From positions 4,362-68,361 of IMG/VR virus record IMGVR_UViG_3300020045_003522: a stretch of DNA of 64,000 nt; one strand, 5' to 3'. The notes below the pieces were generated by a model. That model was not told the origin of the DNA, did not search any database, and saw only the letters and a list, made by a program, of their open reading frames with translations. Made by a program: the position numbers and the translations under genes. The first letter of the stretch is position 1. Each line of letters begins with the position of its first letter. This stretch comes from a virus. Lineage: Duplodnaviria > Caudoviricetes. Below, piece after piece: positions 44,726 to 55,671 of this stretch.

Positions 44726-47451
44726 AAACCGGATAACTTAATCCAGTTAGCTCCATTTGATTGGACTGATGTAGTGCCAATGGTTGCCATAATTAAAGTT
44801 GTTGGTGTTGCTGTTACATTTACAAAAGTCTGTGAAGATGTTGTTGCTAATGTGATTGTTCCAGCTCCACTATTAACAATATGATAAATACGTCCGGTTA
44901 TACCAGCTGCTGTTGGTAGAGTAACCTGGAACGTATTTGCTGTGCATTCAATTGTGTAGTCATTCACAGTGGCTGTATAGTTAGCCGTCTTTGCTACATA
45001 ACCTCCAGCAAAAGAACCTGCTGTTGTTAGTGTAGAATTTGGTGTTGCTGTAGCGAAACCACTCAAAGAAGCCGTAGGCACTGATAATATCCCGTAGTGC
45101 GTTCCTGTTACACTTGTTACAGTTGGGTTATAATTAATACCAGTTACGTTACCAAGCACAGAGGTATAAGTAGGAATAATGTCAAGAACTTTAACCGCTC
45201 CGCTTGCTGTTGAAGTCTGGTTAATAGTCCATATAAAATTACTATGTGACATTGTACCGGTTCCTGAAGATGGACTGAATGTCCCACCCCTATGCCCGAA
45301 TAGAGTTCTATCTCCTGATGTGCTTGTTATCGTTGCTGTAGCTCTTAATGCTGTTGCTGTACCTCCCGCATCTGGAGTTCTGTTATGGCTTATTACATAT
45401 TGATTTGATGCTAGTGTCGCTGATGCATATGATATATCGAAATAACCAAATGTAGTTGCCGAGTTAACCATAACCCCATCGCCACGAGCTGAGAATATTG
45501 TACCAACAGCACTATCTTCGATTCTCATCCCAAAACTTGCACTAGTTGTTGTTCCTGATCTGAAGTAAGCCGCTGTAGGATTACCACCTATTGAAGTTCC
45601 TAAAACCTTTAAGGCAATACTAGATACTGTAGAAAATCCTCCCGTTGCGTGAGTTGGTTTAATTACTAAGGCATTTAGTTCCTGAGTATTTGCTCCTGCT
45701 GTTACTGATGGGCTTATCTCAAAAGGTTCAACAATGTGTGAAACAGTTCCATCTCCTGTAATAGTTGGTGAGTGTATTTCATGTGAATCTAAATCTGATG
45801 CTGCTGTAAACGTTCCGTTATAATTAAGTCTATTTACTGCACTTGAAGTAATTGTAGTCGTTCCGGTTAATGTAGTCGTTCCTGTTGTGTTCCAAAAAGG
45901 AGCCGTACCAGTAATAGCCGAATTAAAGTTTGTCCATGATGGAGTTCCTAAAAATGTCAAAACTCCCGTTCCTGTTGTTGTTGTCGATGGGGCTACTCCT
46001 GCGCCTCCTCCAATTACCAAAGAGTTAGCTGCCAAAGCTGCTGAACTTGCCCACGTTGAACCACTTGAAAAATAAGGTATGCCTCCACTTGTCCCCGCAA
46101 CTGTTAAAGCTGGTGTAGTTGTCGCGTTTGCAACCGATATTAATCCTCCAGTAAATCCAACACTAGTAACCGTTCCACCTGTACCTGCCAAAGCTAAAGG
46201 CGCGGTAGTTGTTTCGTACTGAAGAACTAATGTAGATCCGGCTGCAATAGTGTTTGGAGTTGGTGCTGTGGCTGTTCCGCTAACTAAAGTAACCGTTCCT
46301 GATCCTATGTTGATGTAGGTTATAACACTCTCATCAGTCAAAGCATCAACTGTAATATTAAAAGTACCATTCAAATAAACCGTGTGAAGATTATCTGATT
46401 GTAAAGTAGATGTGTTCGTTGTCGCTGTTCTGGCAACGTTCAAGGCACTTACTAAATCAGTGTTTTCTAAAAGTTTACCTGATAGCGTTGTACCTGTTCC
46501 ATCATAGTAAGCAATCTCTCCGTCTGTACCTGAGTTTACGGTGCCTGTTCCGCCTCCACCTGATCCAATGGGAACCACCGGCCTCCATCCATGACTATTA
46601 ACACCATCATTAAACAACATTATAATTTCACTTGGTTGTAACGTTAAGTTACTCCCCCCAAGAAAAAATCTATTCTCAACACTTGAACTTCCGCTTTCAT
46701 CAACTAACGTTAAGGTATTCGTATCATCGTAATTTTGGATGATCCTTAACTGTGAACCTCCAAATTGTAGTCCGGTAATTTGATAGTTACCATTAGCTAC
46801 GAACCTGCATAACATGTTCCCATTGCTTGGACTATAATTATTTACATCTCCAGTTAATGCGCTTGCACTTATATTTGGGATTAATTCTTTTAATAAGAGT
46901 GAGTACATTTCAAACTGACCAGTAGATCCGTTAAACTTATCAGTTCCGGCAGTTCCAAAAATAACATCTCCATCAGGTTCAACTTTAAATATAGGATCAA
47001 TAGCACCTGTAGCAAATGAAAAATAATTACCATTAATGTCTATATCAACATCGGAAGTAATTACTGGGTCAACTGTTATAACGTCCTGAAGTCCTTGTGA
47101 AGCTCCGCCTGAACCTGTTCCCTCAAGTTGGTAATAGGCACCTCCGTTTGAATAGCTAAGTTTGTAAATGGTGTTAACATCTAACTCACTGCCAGCTAAA
47201 ACTTCCCACGAATCACCATCCCATGCGCGTATAGGAGCTGCTCCGATTGAGTTTATATTTATTGTTGCTGCGCCTGGGTTAGTGTTCCCAAACTTTACAT
47301 AAACAACTGAGTTATTGTATGAAGTTAGTGCGGTTACATTTGTTGTATAGGTGCCTGTTCCTGATGTTGGAACCCAACGATTAAACAAAGATTGAGAGAA
47401 TGAAGCGATTGAAACAACCGCAAATAATATAGATATGAGTATTTTTTTCAT
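44722..47451 (-). CDS. Long tail fibre-like protein with Sec signal peptide (module B)
   Basis: Leader MKKILISILFAVVSIASFS/Q; GTVTSVG..TTPALTV repeats; C-terminal KTANYTATVNDYTI..VTLPTAAG fibre domain. Confidence 0.7.
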   Translation of the reverse strand: MKKILISILFAVVSIASFSQSLFNRWVPTSGTGTYTTNVTALTSYNNSVVYVKFGNTNPGAATININSIGAAPIRAWDGDSWEVLAGSELDVNTIYKLSYSNGGAYYQLEGTGSGGASQGLQDVITVDPVITSDVDIDINGNYFSFATGAIDPIFKVEPDGDVIFGTAGTDKFNGSTGQFEMYSLLLKELIPNISASALTGDVNNYSPSNGNMLCRFVANGNYQITGLQFGGSQLRIIQNYDDTNTLTLVDESGSSSVENRFFLGGSNLTLQPSEIIMLFNDGVNSHGWRPVVPIGSGGGGTGTVNSGTDGEIAYYDGTGTTLSGKLLENTDLVSALNVARTATTNTSTLQSDNLHTVYLNGTFNITVDALTDESVITYINIGSGTVTLVSGTATAPTPNTIAAGSTLVLQYETTTAPLALAGTGGTVTSVGFTGGLISVANATTTPALTVAGTSGGIPYFSSGSTWASSAALAANSLVIGGGAGVAPSTTTTGTGVLTFLGTPSWTNFNSAITGTAPFWNTTGTTTLTGTTTITSSAVNRLNYNGTFTAASDLDSHEIHSPTITGDGTVSHIVEPFEISPSVTAGANTQELNALVIKPTHATGGFSTVSSIALKVLGTSIGGNPTAAYFRSGTTTSASFGMRIEDSAVGTIFSARGDGVMVNSATTFGYFDISYASATLASNQYVISHNRTPDAGGTATALRATATITSTSGDRTLFGHRGGTFSPSSGTGTMSHSNFIWTINQTSTASGAVKVLDIIPTYTSVLGNVTGINYNPTVTSVTGTHYGILSVPTASLSGFATATPNSTLTTAGSFAGGYVAKTANYTATVNDYTIECTANTFQVTLPTAAGITGRIYHIVNSGAGTITLATTSSQTFVNVTATPTTLIMATIGTTSVQSNGANWIKLSGL

Positions 47452-47762
47452 TATGGTTTGATTATAAAGTCTTCAAAATCTTCTGCCCCTGCTACTAATG
47501 CTACCATCCATGCTGCTGCCGGAACGTAATCAGCATCGCCCAAAGTACCATGATCATCTAATGCAATGTAAAGTGTCGGTGCATCTGATACCGGAAAATC
47601 CCCTCCATTGTCCGCAAAGTTCCAAGTCTTTAAAGTAAGCTTTGAATCTATAACATCGTTTAGTATGTTGTAAACACGAAGCTTTGTATTTGCACCTATG
47701 GCAGTTTCATCCCTGATAACCGCTGCCTGTGCCTTTAGTAGAGTATCCGATTTAGCTGCCAT
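47451..47762 (-). CDS. Minor tail protein / fibre adaptor (module B)
   Basis: N-terminal VIRDETAIGANTKLRV shared with 6193..6660; different C-terminus. Confidence 0.55.
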   Translation of the reverse strand: MAAKSDTLLKAQAAVIRDETAIGANTKLRVYNILNDVIDSKLTLKTWNFADNGGDFPVSDAPTLYIALDDHGTLGDADYVPAAAWMVALVAGAEDFEDFIIKP

Positions 47763-48157
47763 TATTTTGTAGGTGTTGGTTGGTCGGTTGTTCCGTTTGC
47801 TATATCTGTCTGGGTTGTTTTGTAATCTATAGCATTGTTTACCCTCTTATTTACCACTGAGAAAATCCTACTCGCTATGTCAGCACTCGAATACCCAACA
47901 AAAGCAAAAGCGATCTTTAAATAATTTTGTACTATAGGATTAAAATTTATTGCTTCATGGATAAAGAACATAAACATAATTATGGTAACAACCGAGATAC
48001 TATGCGAAACCCAGTCATCTAAAAGATATTCCTTTACACTGAATTTCACATTTGCCTTTTTTGCTTTATCCTGAATGCTTTTAATTTTCAAAAGCATCTG
48101 TAAAAGCATCCCTAAAAATGCTATGAAAAATAAAATTGCGTAGTCTACTGTTTCCAT
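47762..48157 (-). CDS. Membrane protein (about 3 TM) inside the tail module
   Basis: Hydrophobic segments; counterpart of 5751..6188. Confidence 0.6.
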   Translation of the reverse strand: METVDYAILFFIAFLGMLLQMLLKIKSIQDKAKKANVKFSVKEYLLDDWVSHSISVVTIIMFMFFIHEAINFNPIVQNYLKIAFAFVGYSSADIASRIFSVVNKRVNNAIDYKTTQTDIANGTTDQPTPTK

Positions 48158-48158
48158 A

Positions 48159-49436
48159 TTAAATTACGTTATGTATGTAGCTGTATTTATGAGTCAATAC
48201 TATTTCAGCCGGACGCGGTTTGTAAGTTTGTGGTCTTCCTCCTAATTCATACGAACCACCATCCAATGAAATTTCAGTATCGTTAACAATCACACTACCA
48301 CTTGCAGCATGTTGTAAGGCCCCTAAAATCTTCCTATGCATGTATCTTGGCGCATCATTGATTATTAATTTTGTTCCTTCCTTCAATGTTGAAGCGGTAT
48401 TAAGAACCATTTCAGTAAGATCCATTACCTTTTCAGTAGTTTTAAAATCAGGCTCTACAAATTGTCCATCGATCTCTATTGAAAAATAAGGTGAAGAATC
48501 ATCGTAGATAAGACCGTCACAATTTTGAATTGATCGGAATTGAATTACAACCCTGCCAGAATGATTTGAATTTGCCCAAACTGAAGGGAAATAAACCGTA
48601 TCAGAATAGAACAACTCCACTTCATCTTCAGGATCAACAGCCTTTTGAATTACTTTGAAGCTTAAATATTTGTTACAAAGGCTGTAATCATAAGGAGAAA
48701 ACGAAACAGAGTTTAAATAGTAAGAACCTGGAACCGCTGGGATTACAGGTGTTGTTTGATCTCCTGCTATATCATCGATTGTTATCGTTACGTTGGCCGC
48801 TGATGAGTGATAAAACCCAACCCTTGAATAACCAGATAAAGCAACGAATGTTAATGTTATCGAATTTGCTCCAGCACTATCAGCGTTTGATTGGTTTTCC
48901 ACTATGTTAAACCCTGAATCCATTATAGTCAAAACGGATGTGCGAGGGTTTCCAGACCCTGAATTAACAACACGTGTATAATCAATTGTTATCTCATAAG
49001 TATTACCTACAACAAAAGCATAATTGCAATAGATGTCCTCTGATGTCTTTACTCCAAGCCCACCGGTGCCCGGCAGTGTGACATTTGGCGCAACTCCTGT
49101 AGTCCAATCTACCAAAGCAGGGCTTATACTTCTGCTTACCCATGTAGACAAAGCCGGCAATGTTATTGCGCTTGTAACTCCTCCGCTTGATGGTGTTCCG
49201 TTACTTGTTTGTGTGTAATCAATTGTTTCAACCTCTACACCATTTTCCTGAATTGAAAGCCTTAACTCCTCATCATCATCTGCCCCGCCTAAAACCTGCA
49301 ATCGCCTTAACCCAGTGCAAAGAAACTTTTCGTGAAAACAATTATCGTCGGTATAACCTAAAACTTCTGTATTGCAGGAAGATTGCCCTGTTGGGGTAAA
49401 CTTTATTTCGCTTGATGGTGAGATTTGATAACTCAT
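48159..49436 (-). CDS. Distal tail / baseplate-like protein (module B)
   Basis: Paralogue of 6657..7943. Confidence 0.55.
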   Translation of the reverse strand: MSYQISPSSEIKFTPTGQSSCNTEVLGYTDDNCFHEKFLCTGLRRLQVLGGADDDEELRLSIQENGVEVETIDYTQTSNGTPSSGGVTSAITLPALSTWVSRSISPALVDWTTGVAPNVTLPGTGGLGVKTSEDIYCNYAFVVGNTYEITIDYTRVVNSGSGNPRTSVLTIMDSGFNIVENQSNADSAGANSITLTFVALSGYSRVGFYHSSAANVTITIDDIAGDQTTPVIPAVPGSYYLNSVSFSPYDYSLCNKYLSFKVIQKAVDPEDEVELFYSDTVYFPSVWANSNHSGRVVIQFRSIQNCDGLIYDDSSPYFSIEIDGQFVEPDFKTTEKVMDLTEMVLNTASTLKEGTKLIINDAPRYMHRKILGALQHAASGSVIVNDTEISLDGGSYELGGRPQTYKPRPAEIVLTHKYSYIHNVI

Positions 49437-49452
49437 ATTAAACGCCTCAGTT

Positions 49453-49482
49453 CAAAAGTAAGAATAATTTTCATATTGGGAA
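49453..49482 (-). promoter_or_regulatory. Putative internal late promoter (TACTTTTG -7 box plus TTCCCA box)
   Basis: TTCCCAATATGAAAATTATTCT-TACTTTTG; conserved with 7962..7991. Confidence 0.55.
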
Positions 49483-49492
49483 AGTCTTTTCA

Positions 49493-52114
49493 TTATGGTG
49501 TAGGTGCGTCTCCGAACGTACTGTCAAACGTTTCATCCCAGGTTCTACCACTACCAAAAATTTGTGAACCAGGTGGGACGGTAACAATATCAAACTCATT
49601 TTTAAACTTTCCGGTTATCCGAACCATCCCGCTCATAATTTCAAATTGAAGATCGTCAATAAAAAAAGGCTCATGATCATCATCAGTTTGGCTTATGCCT
49701 ATCGCTAAATTTCTGTTTTCGTCTATGGTTTTAAACTCATCAAATGTCAAATAGTGGTCAATCTCGAATATTTTAGGTATCCATAAGTATATCGTACCTA
49801 CTAAAATGTCAGCATTTTCGGCTAATACGTTACCATCGTAATCATCAGGTGCCGACCCTGAAACCATTGTCGATGTCATATCGTAATTCCCTTCGCCCCC
49901 TGTGAATCGGAAAACAGTTCCTAAGTACTTTTGAAGGCCACCGGACAAGTAATTCAACCAGCGAAGTTTAAATCTTTGAGGGGTATGGTGTTTGTTGTAC
50001 CTGGTTTCTTCGTTTAAAAGATTAGTAACAGCGGTAAAATCCTCGTTTAAACGGGGTGAATATTGTCCATCGCCTGTACGTGTGGACTCAATTACAAAGG
50101 TATCATCGTCAAATTTATAGTCAGCCGATTTGATTCGTGTAGTTCTTCGAGCTTGTTCGATTGTTAATCCCTGAAAAATCCAATTGGTTAGGTAGGTATA
50201 AACCCGCCCGATGTTCTTTAATATCGTTGCTGATGTTGTTTTTTGCGGATCATCTATACCAGAAATGTCTTCAGTCTTACCTTTTGAGGCTCCTAAATTA
50301 GTTCCATTGAAGTAGTCAGGTCCGTACTTTCTTTTGATCCTTTGCACACCGGAAAGCAAAACAGACATTGAACTACTGTCGTAAGCCTCGGCCTTAGTTC
50401 GCAAAACAATCCTTTCAACTCCGTCAATAGTTTCATAACCCAAAGATGAATTGAACATAGGATCGTGGCCTTCCCACCAATCCTTCATTGACATACTAAA
50501 AAGCTTTTCTGCCAATGTATAACCACGGGCATGCACTCCTTTTAAAAGTAGGTTGTTCCACCATGAACCAGCCTCATCATAAACGCGTGCTTTGGTGTAT
50601 TCACTTCCAATCACAGGAGCGTAGAACTTATCCGGTTCGGTTATACGGTCGCATATCATTGCTGCTACATCGTGTTGAGTAAATGCAGGAGCTTCAGTAT
50701 CTGGTTGTGTTGACTTTATGAAGAAAGAAATATTTGAATCCTCTACCCCTCCATAAATTACCAATGTGTTTAAAGTTCCAGATGAACCTCCTCTAGGAAA
50801 TTCAATGAATTGCTGAACATAAATAGTAATAATATCCCCAGGCTGAACATTTACTTCATGTGTTCCTGTTAATGAAAAAGGTGTTAATTCACCAATAGTA
50901 GGGGGTACCGTAGATTGAAAGTTTGAATCTAAAACCTCCGGAGTATCATTGTTTTTCTTAAAATATAGTTCGGTTGTAACATCAAATGAGTCAACCGGAC
51001 CTGGTGCTGTAGTGTATGTAAAGTCAGCACGCATCTTTATCGGGATGTCGTAATCAATTACCATTAACCCGTAATCTTCCTGAACCTCGATTACATTAAC
51101 AATTGAATCAGGTGTTACAGGTGTTGTACTGGTACTTTCAAAGGTTGAAGTATAAGGCAACGAAAACGAATCATTAATCTCATTTATTATCTGATTAACA
51201 AATGGAGTATAGAACAGGTAGAAAAGGAAACCGATATTTATTGATGAAGGTAGTTCGTAAATTATAAAATCATCTTCAGGTAAATACTCAGTAAAATCAA
51301 TATCATCCGTTCCAATTACAGGGGATGCAGTTCTTTGTTTGAAAATCTTATCCTTATTTACCGTTCCAAGTTGTACAGTAAATATTGCGTCCTCCATTTC
51401 AGCATCGGTATTATTATCCGTTGCGCGGGTCCATGCGCCTGAACTTGCATTATAAACCCCGTTTTCTGTTGCGTCCGATTGATCTTTTACCCCTACCCTA
51501 TCCCCTGTTACTGTTAAACCTCCGTCAATAGTTTGTAGTCCTGATAGCGTAATGTTTGCAGTTGTTGCATACTTTACTAAAGCCATTGTATCAGGGTCGC
51601 GCATGGTCCCAGTGTACAATGTTTCTTTATTGATGATCTGACTAGGTAAATTTAAAGTTTCCGGATCATAAACCGTAACCGATGCCCCGTCTAAACTTAA
51701 ATCCGATTGAATATTAACAGGCACATCGAAACGACTCACAAAGTTTCTCCACATGCCATTTTGAACAGGTGTAAATTCTAAGTAATGATCGATTTCAAGC
51801 CCTTCAATGAATGTTTGAATACCTACTTCACCTGTATAAAGAACCTCGAAAGTATAATTATCTGGGGCATACTCAACGGTAACACCTATAACCGAATCAG
51901 GTCCATAAGTCGCTTCAATATTTTTCAACCAATCGCGTCTACCGTCCTGAGTCCCGTTCGATCCATATGCACGAAAGGGTGTTTTAAATTCCTTTACAAG
52001 CGTGTGAAACATCGGATGTCTACTGAGTCCAATGATAGCAGAAGTTAAGCCCTCAAACTCAGAAGGGGTTACCGTTCCTTCAATCGCATGTGTTAGGGTA
52101 AGTCTCCACCTCAT
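49493..52114 (-). CDS. Tail tip/hub protein (module B)
   Basis: Paralogue of 8002..10578 with a divergent central domain. Confidence 0.65.
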   Translation of the reverse strand: MRWRLTLTHAIEGTVTPSEFEGLTSAIIGLSRHPMFHTLVKEFKTPFRAYGSNGTQDGRRDWLKNIEATYGPDSVIGVTVEYAPDNYTFEVLYTGEVGIQTFIEGLEIDHYLEFTPVQNGMWRNFVSRFDVPVNIQSDLSLDGASVTVYDPETLNLPSQIINKETLYTGTMRDPDTMALVKYATTANITLSGLQTIDGGLTVTGDRVGVKDQSDATENGVYNASSGAWTRATDNNTDAEMEDAIFTVQLGTVNKDKIFKQRTASPVIGTDDIDFTEYLPEDDFIIYELPSSINIGFLFYLFYTPFVNQIINEINDSFSLPYTSTFESTSTTPVTPDSIVNVIEVQEDYGLMVIDYDIPIKMRADFTYTTAPGPVDSFDVTTELYFKKNNDTPEVLDSNFQSTVPPTIGELTPFSLTGTHEVNVQPGDIITIYVQQFIEFPRGGSSGTLNTLVIYGGVEDSNISFFIKSTQPDTEAPAFTQHDVAAMICDRITEPDKFYAPVIGSEYTKARVYDEAGSWWNNLLLKGVHARGYTLAEKLFSMSMKDWWEGHDPMFNSSLGYETIDGVERIVLRTKAEAYDSSSMSVLLSGVQRIKRKYGPDYFNGTNLGASKGKTEDISGIDDPQKTTSATILKNIGRVYTYLTNWIFQGLTIEQARRTTRIKSADYKFDDDTFVIESTRTGDGQYSPRLNEDFTAVTNLLNEETRYNKHHTPQRFKLRWLNYLSGGLQKYLGTVFRFTGGEGNYDMTSTMVSGSAPDDYDGNVLAENADILVGTIYLWIPKIFEIDHYLTFDEFKTIDENRNLAIGISQTDDDHEPFFIDDLQFEIMSGMVRITGKFKNEFDIVTVPPGSQIFGSGRTWDETFDSTFGDAPTP

Positions 52115-54612
52115 TGCTTAATGAATTTACCCAAATTAATTTCCTTCCTGATCTTGATATTGCCTTTTGAATCTTCAATGGCCGCGTAAATAGTACCTAC
52201 AGAATTTACAAAGCTTGGCTGTTTCGGGTGCTTAATGTTCTGTAAATTATGATTCACATTCTTTAACTCCTGAAGCAAAGCCGGATCGCTACTCGTTACT
52301 TGTCGGCCTCCTCCGTTTCTTTCCAAAGCTCCCATTGCCAGCATTCGCATAGTCCTATCATGTGGAACAATTTCGGTTCCCCGTGGAACATCCATAAGTG
52401 TAGCTACTGAAGGCGTAAGCTCCCAATCACTACCTGGTTTTCGCATTAACTCGGTGCCTTGCTCTCCAACAAAAGCTAATCCTCCAGGTGCCGAATCTGT
52501 TCCTTTAAAGAACTGAGGTATAGGAGTTGCAATAATGGCCGCGAGTTGTGCCCCTGCTAATGCCGCTGATAAAGCAGCCAAAGCAAACCCAGCCGGACCT
52601 ACTGCCAACATAGCTGTAATTGATTTTGCTAAGTTGATAGTTGCTGAAACAATAGCCAAAGCCTTGTCAAGTATTGCGGTCTTTCTCTTTTCTTCGCGCT
52701 TTCTTCTCTCAATAGCCGCCTCATCTTTCTCGGCTTTTAGTCTTAATCTTTCTTTTGCAGCCTCATTATCGCCAGCCAAAAGCAAATCCTTTTCTAGCTT
52801 TTCCTGTATCGCTTCACTTTCTTTATCTAAAGCCTGTAATCTTCTTTCTGAAATACCTGAGAATATCTGAAATGTAGCTGATGCAAAATCATCAAAGTAT
52901 TGCTGAACAACACCAAGTTGTGCAGATATCCCCGCCATAGTTTCCCTAAACTTTTCAGCTATTTTATCACTTGCGGATACTACTACTTTTTCTACTTCGC
53001 CATAAGCAGCATTAAAATACGCGACAATTTCATCGGTTGTGCTTTTTGTTGAAGCTGAAAGATCAGCGTTTTTCTTTATGGTTTTATCAATAGCCTCGCC
53101 CGCTTTATCCATTCGGTCGGTTATAGCTTTTGTTTTTGCTTTTTCCTCATCAATTTCCTTTTGATTTAGAGCCTCAATTTGCTTTCTAAATTTGAAAGTA
53201 TTGTCGTTAGCAAGTTTTTGAGCGCGATACAATTCAGCTTCGGCTTCGGCTTGCTCAAGTAAAGCATCTTTCTCATCCCCGTTAGCTTTTACTTTCAAAG
53301 AAGAAAGTTTAAACTTCAATTGAGCAAACTGGAATTCTTTATCAGATAAGTTCTGCTCTAAAGCAATAGCATCCTCAAGGGCTTTCTTTCTTGCTTTACC
53401 CTCTAGAGATATTGCCGCCTCCCTTAGCTTCGCAACTTCTAAATCACTTTTTGCTCGTTGTACTATTAGTTCGCGGTTTCTTTTATCAATGTCAGCCTCT
53501 AGTTTTGCTATGGCATTGCCATAAGAAACACCCTGATCTACTAATTTTTTTGTCTCATCGATTAGGCCACCAATTTTAGCGGTAGCATTCTCTACCCCTG
53601 TAGTGACCTTTGCCACAGCATCAAAAGCAACCTTGCCAGCTTCTTTAAAATTACCCTCGAAAAGAAGTTTGATAGATTTTCCTAACTGTGGAATTAATTC
53701 AAACATCCCAACGAATCGGTTTACAATATTCTGAACTAAGAAATTACCAAAGTCTTTTATTGCTTGTACAGGATCGGTGAACGCATCGTAAATAGCTTCG
53801 CCTATAGCCTCGACAACGTTCATGAACTGCTCAAATATAGCTGCACCAACGGCTGTGATTTTGTTTAAACGGTTTTGCCCTTCCTCTGATCCTTTGAAAT
53901 AAGATGTAAGAGCGAAGATTGCAGCGCCTAAAGCGGCCACAACTAAACCTATCGGAGTAGCTATGAATGCAATTGAAGCCTTTACCATTCCTAAAATACC
54001 TTGTGCCGCGCTTGCTGCGCCTGGTGCTATCTGTTGGAACGCTCCTCCAGCACGTTTAAAAGAACCTTCGTAATCCCCTACATTGTCACGAAAATTACCT
54101 AACGATCCGTTAATTTGCTTAACGCTTTTATCCTGTTGATCTATGATTGATTTTAATTGAACGCCTTCCTTTGAAGCTCTCGCCTCTTCATTAGATAAAG
54201 CAGCATAAGCCGCACGATTCTTTGCGAGTGCCGCCTGAAGTTCTTTTAATGATGCATTTTGCGCGTTAATAGATTGCGCATTCTTTTCTCCTAAAGTTGT
54301 AGCGTCTTTAGTTGCGGTCTTTATATCGTTCAGGGCTTTTTGTTTATCCCTGTAGGCTTGAGTATTACGGGCGTTGGCAGTTTCTATTTGCTTCTCAACC
54401 TTCTGTAATTCGATTTGTGATAGTGTGAGCTTTTCAGTTTCTTCCCTTACTTCCTTTGTTGATTGAGCAGCTTTTAAATTGATACCGATAGCCTTGCCAG
54501 CATCGGCCAAACCTTTTACCGCAATGGTCGCACCTTCAATGTCTTTGGTGAACTCTTTGATATCGTCAAAGACTTCTTGCCCTAAGATTTCCCTTTTTCC
54601 TATCTCAGCCAT
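52111..54612 (-). CDS. Tape measure protein (module B)
   Basis: Paralogue of 10578..13043; FFKGTDSAPGGLAFVGEQGTELM. Confidence 0.85.
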   Translation of the reverse strand: MAEIGKREILGQEVFDDIKEFTKDIEGATIAVKGLADAGKAIGINLKAAQSTKEVREETEKLTLSQIELQKVEKQIETANARNTQAYRDKQKALNDIKTATKDATTLGEKNAQSINAQNASLKELQAALAKNRAAYAALSNEEARASKEGVQLKSIIDQQDKSVKQINGSLGNFRDNVGDYEGSFKRAGGAFQQIAPGAASAAQGILGMVKASIAFIATPIGLVVAALGAAIFALTSYFKGSEEGQNRLNKITAVGAAIFEQFMNVVEAIGEAIYDAFTDPVQAIKDFGNFLVQNIVNRFVGMFELIPQLGKSIKLLFEGNFKEAGKVAFDAVAKVTTGVENATAKIGGLIDETKKLVDQGVSYGNAIAKLEADIDKRNRELIVQRAKSDLEVAKLREAAISLEGKARKKALEDAIALEQNLSDKEFQFAQLKFKLSSLKVKANGDEKDALLEQAEAEAELYRAQKLANDNTFKFRKQIEALNQKEIDEEKAKTKAITDRMDKAGEAIDKTIKKNADLSASTKSTTDEIVAYFNAAYGEVEKVVVSASDKIAEKFRETMAGISAQLGVVQQYFDDFASATFQIFSGISERRLQALDKESEAIQEKLEKDLLLAGDNEAAKERLRLKAEKDEAAIERRKREEKRKTAILDKALAIVSATINLAKSITAMLAVGPAGFALAALSAALAGAQLAAIIATPIPQFFKGTDSAPGGLAFVGEQGTELMRKPGSDWELTPSVATLMDVPRGTEIVPHDRTMRMLAMGALERNGGGRQVTSSDPALLQELKNVNHNLQNIKHPKQPSFVNSVGTIYAAIEDSKGNIKIRKEINLGKFIKQ

Positions 54613-55282
54613 TGCGTTTTTTGTTAGCCTCTTCTTGTGCCCTCTCCCTTGCTTTTAATATTTTTTGATACTCATTGTATGCTGATAGTTTAATCGTATC
54701 CGGTACGGTAAACCCTAGAGCAAAATTCAAGTGAGCCATTATCTCTTCAAATCCGTGTGCCTTACCTTCGCCCCTTGCTTCAAACATCCTTTGAAGTTCT
54801 TTTTCTTTCATTGTGGCCTTTGTCACTAGGTTTTCACACTTGCGTAACCCAGCTTCTACGCTTGCCATTATTGTTTCTGGGCTCGTTGTATCGATAACAT
54901 ACCCCCTCTTTTTTAATTCAACTATGTACTCCCAGTCGATAAAGAACCTTGTTAACGCTACCAAAATAAGCGTTGCCCTTATCGTTGTGTGGTCATTCAT
55001 TAGTATCGAATAACCTTTCATCAACTGGAAAAACGCGCTATATTGATTCGTTCCGGTTTCTTTTTCGTGCCTCTTTATCAGTTGTTCCCATGCATCTAAA
55101 CACTTTTCTGAATCTACTTCCCCTTCTTTTACCAATTTAAGAAAGTTTCCCGAATTTGCAATATCAATATAAAGCTTTAGAGTGATATCTTCATACGTGT
55201 ATAAACTTTCGTAGGAACTTTTGAATGTCTTCCAGAACATAAGCCCGCGCAAAATCGGTGAGGTTTGTTTTGTTGAGTCCAT
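54605..55282 (-). CDS. Pre-TMP protein, possible tail assembly chaperone (module B)
   Basis: Paralogue of 13027..13713. Confidence 0.55.
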   Translation of the reverse strand: MDSTKQTSPILRGLMFWKTFKSSYESLYTYEDITLKLYIDIANSGNFLKLVKEGEVDSEKCLDAWEQLIKRHEKETGTNQYSAFFQLMKGYSILMNDHTTIRATLILVALTRFFIDWEYIVELKKRGYVIDTTSPETIMASVEAGLRKCENLVTKATMKEKELQRMFEARGEGKAHGFEEIMAHLNFALGFTVPDTIKLSAYNEYQKILKARERAQEEANKKRNG

Positions 55283-55637
55283 AAATATCGTCCGGGTTAG
55301 TTCCTTTTGACTCCAATAAGTCGGCTATCTTTCCTGTTTTACGGTCGCTTGATTCGAATACTACAGGGAATTTGTCAGTCTTTACAAAGAAGCCTCGATA
55401 GAAATCACCTGTATCAAATAAAGTCATTGGACCTGCCTCTTTCCCAAATACCTCTACCGATCTTCTGGAATAAGGTGGTAGCTTTTTACCTTTTGAATCT
55501 TCACCGGCAAATAACTGGTCGGTGTTCATGTTGGTAATCACTTCCTCGTTTTCTTTTATGATCACTAGCAAACCTCTCTCCATCCTTTCGGGTGTGAGTT
55601 GGTGCAGTTTTGAAGTGAGTTCAAGTAGTTTTCCCAT
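55191..55637 (-). CDS. Virion morphogenesis / neck-tail completion protein (module B)
   Basis: LFDTGDFYRG motif; paralogue of 13622..14068. Confidence 0.6.
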   Translation of the reverse strand: MGKLLELTSKLHQLTPERMERGLLVIIKENEEVITNMNTDQLFAGEDSKGKKLPPYSRRSVEVFGKEAGPMTLFDTGDFYRGFFVKTDKFPVVFESSDRKTGKIADLLESKGTNPDDIYGLNKTNLTDFARAYVLEDIQKFLRKFIHV

Positions 55638-55644
55638 AATTTAA

Positions 55645-55664
55645 GGGCGAGCTTTCACCCGCCC
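55645..55664 (-). terminator. GC-rich GAAA-loop hairpin after the major tail gene
   Basis: Identical to 14076..14096. Confidence 0.55.
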
Positions 55665-55671
55665 CGTTTTA